A DNA stretch of 32,000 nt, taken from Candidatus Saccharimonadota bacterium (GTDB lineage: Bacteria > Pseudomonadota > Gammaproteobacteria > Enterobacterales > Enterobacteriaceae). Shown piece after piece: positions 29,352 through 32,000 of the stretch (the first letter of the stretch is position 1; each line of letters starts with the position of its first letter). Location of the stretch: positions 180,001 through 212,000 of the forward strand of contig NZ_CP097762.1 of assembly GCF_023585745.1 (NCBI RefSeq), given 5' to 3'. The notes under the pieces were generated by a model. The model saw only the letters and a list, made by a program, of their open reading frames with translations, had not been told where the DNA came from and did no database searches. Position numbers and translations under genes: made by a program.

Positions 29352-29413
29352 TACATGGTATGTATACAAGAACTTTATATAGTTTTTATAGATAAAAACA
29401 GAGGACAGTTAAT

Positions 29414-29743
29414 GTGGAAACAATTGCTAAATGTCGTTATATTCGTTCTTCTGCGCAAAAAATGCGTTTAGTCATTAATATGATACGTGGAAAAAAAGTA
29501 TTACAAGCATTAGAAATTTTAAAATATACAAATAAAAAACCAGCTAGATTAATTAAAAAAACCTTAGACTCTGCAGTTTCTAACGCAGAGCATAACAATG
29601 GTTTGAATATTGATAATTTAAAGATTATTAAAATTTTTGTCGATACTGGACCTACTATAAAAAGAATTATGCCCCGAGCTAAGGGAAAATCAGATAAAAT
29701 TATGAAAAGAACTAGCCACCTTACTATAGTGGTATCTAATTAA
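29414..29743 (+). CDS. rplV: 50S ribosomal protein L22
   Basis: 109-aa ORF with a GTG start. METIAK.R..RSSAQK.RLV...IRGKKV.QAL.IL.YTNKK and [19 protein letters not shown] match E. coli L22. Confidence 0.96.
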   Translation: METIAKCRYIRSSAQKMRLVINMIRGKKVLQALEILKYTNKKPARLIKKTLDSAVSNAEHNNGLNIDNLKIIKIFVDTGPTIKRIMPRAKGKSDKIMKRTSHLTIVVSN

Positions 29744-29767
29744 AATATATTAACTGGAGTATATAAG

Positions 29768-30481
29768 ATGGGCCAAAAAGTACATCCAAATGGAGTACGT
29801 TTAGGAATTATAAAAACCTGGCATTCTACTTGGTACGCGGGTAATAAAGATTTTTCTGCTAATTTAAATAATGATTTCAAAGTACGTAAGTTTTTAACAA
29901 AAAAACTTTCAAAAGCGTTGATATCTCGTATAATAATTGAACGTCCTGCAAAAAGCATACGAGTGACGGTTTATACAGCTAGACCAGGGTTGGTTATTGG
30001 AAAAAAAGGCGAAGATATTGAAAAACTAAGAAAAAATATTGCAAACATTTCAAATGTTCCTACTCAACTTAACATAGCTGAAGTTCGTAAACCAGAATTA
30101 GATGCTAAGTTATTAGCAGATAATATTGCATCTCAGTTAGAACGTAGAATTATATTTAGACGTGCAATGAAACGTGTTGTACAAAGCGCTATGCGTTTAG
30201 GAGCTAAAGGAATTAAGGTGGAAATAAGTGGTAGATTGAGTGGAGCAGAAATTGCGAGAACCGAATGGTATAGAGAAGGGAGAGTACCATTGCATACTTT
30301 ACGTGCCGATATAGATTATGGATTTGCAGAAGCACACACTACATATGGAGTAATTGGAACTAAAGTTTGGGTGTTTAAAGGAGAAATTTTAGGTAATATA
30401 CTTTTTACTACCGGATATTTAGAATCTAAATCAATAGATGATAGTAGTATCACTAAATTAAAAAATAAAACTCGTACATAA
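29768..30481 (+). CDS. rpsC: 30S ribosomal protein S3
   Basis: 237-aa [23 protein letters not shown], the KH domain [15 protein letters not shown], and [29 protein letters not shown] match E. coli S3. Confidence 0.98.
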   Translation: MGQKVHPNGVRLGIIKTWHSTWYAGNKDFSANLNNDFKVRKFLTKKLSKALISRIIIERPAKSIRVTVYTARPGLVIGKKGEDIEKLRKNIANISNVPTQLNIAEVRKPELDAKLLADNIASQLERRIIFRRAMKRVVQSAMRLGAKGIKVEISGRLSGAEIARTEWYREGRVPLHTLRADIDYGFAEAHTTYGVIGTKVWVFKGEILGNILFTTGYLESKSIDDSSITKLKNKTRT

Positions 30482-30492
30482 AAGGCAATATA

Positions 30493-30900
30493 ATGTTATT
30501 ACAACCAAAACGCACAAAATTTCGTAAAATGCATAAAGGTCGAAATCGAGGTATTGTAGTAAACGATAAAATTAATTTTGGAGATTTTGCTCTAAAAGCT
30601 GTTAGTCGAGGAAGATTGAAATCTTGTCAAATTGAATCTGCGCGTCGTGCAATTAGTAGAGCAATTAAACGTCAAGGAAAAATTTGGATTCGAATATTTC
30701 CAGATAAACCTATTACTATTAAACCATTAGAAGTGCGTATGGGTAAAGGTAAAGGTAACGTAGAATATTGGGTATCACTAATACAACCAGGAAAAATTTT
30801 ATATGAAATAAATGGAGTATCAAAAGAAATAGCATTTAATGCTTTTAAATTGGGTGCGTCAAAATTGCCAATACAAACCACTCTAATCAGTAAATTATGA
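30493..30900 (+). CDS. rplP: 50S ribosomal protein L16
   Basis: 135-aa [21 protein letters not shown] and [36 protein letters not shown]. match E. coli L16. Confidence 0.98.
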   Translation: MLLQPKRTKFRKMHKGRNRGIVVNDKINFGDFALKAVSRGRLKSCQIESARRAISRAIKRQGKIWIRIFPDKPITIKPLEVRMGKGKGNVEYWVSLIQPGKILYEINGVSKEIAFNAFKLGASKLPIQTTLISKL

Positions 30901-31106
30901 AAAATAAAAATAAATTAAAAAAAATATATAATGAAGCTACTAACAATGTTTCATCACAATTAGAATTAATAAATATGTTACGTGAATATTTTAATTTACG
31001 TTTACAATTAAAATCTAACCAATTAAAACAACCGCACTTGTTAAAAAAAGTACGTCGCAATATAGCATCTCTCAAACATTATTTATCTAAAAATAATAAT
31101 ATATAA
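30897..31106 (+). CDS. rpmC: 50S ribosomal protein L29
   Basis: 69-aa ORF overlapping the rplP stop (ATGA). It has the L29-like pattern EL..LLRE.FNLR.Q....QL.Q.HLLK.VRR.IA. It sits between rplP and rpsQ. Confidence 0.9.
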   Translation: MKNKNKLKKIYNEATNNVSSQLELINMLREYFNLRLQLKSNQLKQPHLLKKVRRNIASLKHYLSKNNNI

Positions 31107-31128
31107 AATAAAAGAGGTTGTGTATCTT

Positions 31129-31389
31129 ATGATAAAGAAAGTTCGAATCGTTTTGGGTCGTGTTATAAACAATAGAATGCAAAATTCTGCTGTCGTTGCT
31201 GTTGAAAAATTAGTTAAACACAAAAAATATGGAAAATTTGTCAAACATACAACTAAATTACATGTACACGATTCTAATAACGAAGCAAATATTGGCGATA
31301 TTATTGCAGTTAAAGAATGTAGACCTATATCAAAAACAAAATCTTGGATTTTGACATCTATTATTAAAAAATCAAATTTTATTGTTTAG
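31129..31389 (+). CDS. rpsQ: 30S ribosomal protein S17
   Basis: The track ORF starts at GTG 31120, but that is only 2 nt after the AAGAGG Shine-Dalgarno at 31112-31117. ATG 31129 gives normal spacing. The resulting N-terminus [12 protein letters not shown] aligns with E. coli [31 protein letters not shown].....ECRP.SKTKSW is conserved. Confidence 0.93.
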   Translation: MIKKVRIVLGRVINNRMQNSAVVAVEKLVKHKKYGKFVKHTTKLHVHDSNNEANIGDIIAVKECRPISKTKSWILTSIIKKSNFIV

Positions 31390-31511
31390 TTTTAATATTT
31401 AATTAAAATAACAAATAAATTTATTCCGATAAAAAAGAAATTTAATGATAATTTTTGTAAATAATTAATATTTACATGTTATAAATCCTTTACTATTATG
31501 GAGTATTATGT

Positions 31512-31883
31512 GTGATTCAAGAACGTACTATTTTAGATGTCGCTGATAACTCCGGCGCACGATATGTAATGTGTATTAAAGTTTTAGGTGGATCTGGGCG
31601 TCGTTACGCCAGTATAGGAGATATTATCAAAATCGCTGTTAAAGAAGCTGTACCCAGGGCAAAAGTGAAAAAAGGTGATGTATTAAAAGCAGTAGTAATA
31701 CGTACGAAAAAAGGAATACGACGTTTAGATGGATCTATTATTAGATTTGATAGTAATGCCTGTGTGTTATTAAACGATATAAATTCCCAGCCTGTAGGAA
31801 CTAGGGTTTTTGGTCCTGTAACTCGTGAATTAAGACACGAAAAATTTATGAAAATTGTTTCTTTAGCCCCAGAAGTACTATAA
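31512..31883 (+). CDS. rplN: 50S ribosomal protein L14
   Basis: 123-aa ORF, the same length as E. coli L14, with a GTG start and GGAG 8 nt upstream. [33 protein letters not shown]...[38 protein letters not shown] and the ending SLAPEVL match. Confidence 0.98.
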   Translation: MIQERTILDVADNSGARYVMCIKVLGGSGRRYASIGDIIKIAVKEAVPRAKVKKGDVLKAVVIRTKKGIRRLDGSIIRFDSNACVLLNDINSQPVGTRVFGPVTRELRHEKFMKIVSLAPEVL

Positions 31884-31898
31884 CGGAGAATAATTAAT

Positions 31899-32000
31899 AT
31901 GGCAGCTGCTAAAATTAAATGTAACGATGAAGTAATAGTTTTAAGCGGAAAAGATAAAGGAAAACGAGGAAAAGTAAAAAAAATTATTTACAATAAAGGT
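31899..32000 (+). CDS. rplX: 50S ribosomal protein L24, N-terminal part; it continues beyond the window
   Basis: From ATG at 31899 the translation is [29 protein letters not shown]..., against E. coli [28 protein letters not shown]. It follows rplN, as in the spc operon. Confidence 0.93.
   Translation, partial: MAAAKIKCNDEVIVLSGKDKGKRGKVKKIIYNKG

Noticed and set aside
31120-31128. A GTG at 31120 as the rpsQ start, as implied by the ORF track.
   Set aside because: It is only 2 nt from the AAGAGG Shine-Dalgarno sequence. ATG at 31129 has proper spacing and gives an N-terminus colinear with E. coli S17.

Overview
This is a very AT-rich window (roughly three-quarters A+T by eye, not computed). 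It is densely packed with housekeeping genes whose products align almost residue-for-residue with the E. coli K-12 orthologues I can recall. I ran no database search, so all identifications rest on that recall.

Gene content:
- Sulfate activation: cysD (3' end), cysN, cysC.
- Division and isoprenoid: ftsB, ispD, ispF.
- A 1,962-bp ORF-free spacer.
- alaS, csrA, tRNA-Ser(GCU), tRNA-Arg(ACG).
- ffh, rpsP, rimM, trmD, rplS.
- Aromatic amino acid genes: aroF, tyrA, and pheA on the minus strand.
- bamD (minus strand), rluD, clpB, murB, birA, coaA (minus strand).
- The thrU-tyrU-glyT-thrT tRNA cluster.
- bfr, the complete S10 ribosomal-protein operon (rpsJ to rpsQ), and the start of the spc operon (rplN, rplX 5' end).

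The AT bias, short spacers, truncated regulatory domains and retained sulfate-assimilation and aromatic amino-acid genes fit a reduced-genome Enterobacterales-derived insect nutritional endosymbiont. A Blochmannia-like ant symbiont is my best guess, but this is inference only.

I see no CRISPR array, mobile element, prophage, toxin or defence module, and no evidence of a novel multi-gene system.

The observations worth a second look are gene-level:
1. trmD is broken once, exactly inside an A10 run, and is otherwise full length.
2. The 1.96-kb spacer between ispF and alaS is a probable gene graveyard.
3. pheA lacks the chorismate-mutase domain and the GALV/ESRP feedback motifs.
4. The bacterioferritin keeps all six di-iron ligands but has Leu in place of the haem ligand Met52, and bfd is absent.
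5. birA lacks its repressor domain.
6. Both synteny breaks relative to E. coli fall where E. coli carries repeated genes (rrn operons and tuf).
7. None of the six tRNA genes encodes a 3' CCA.
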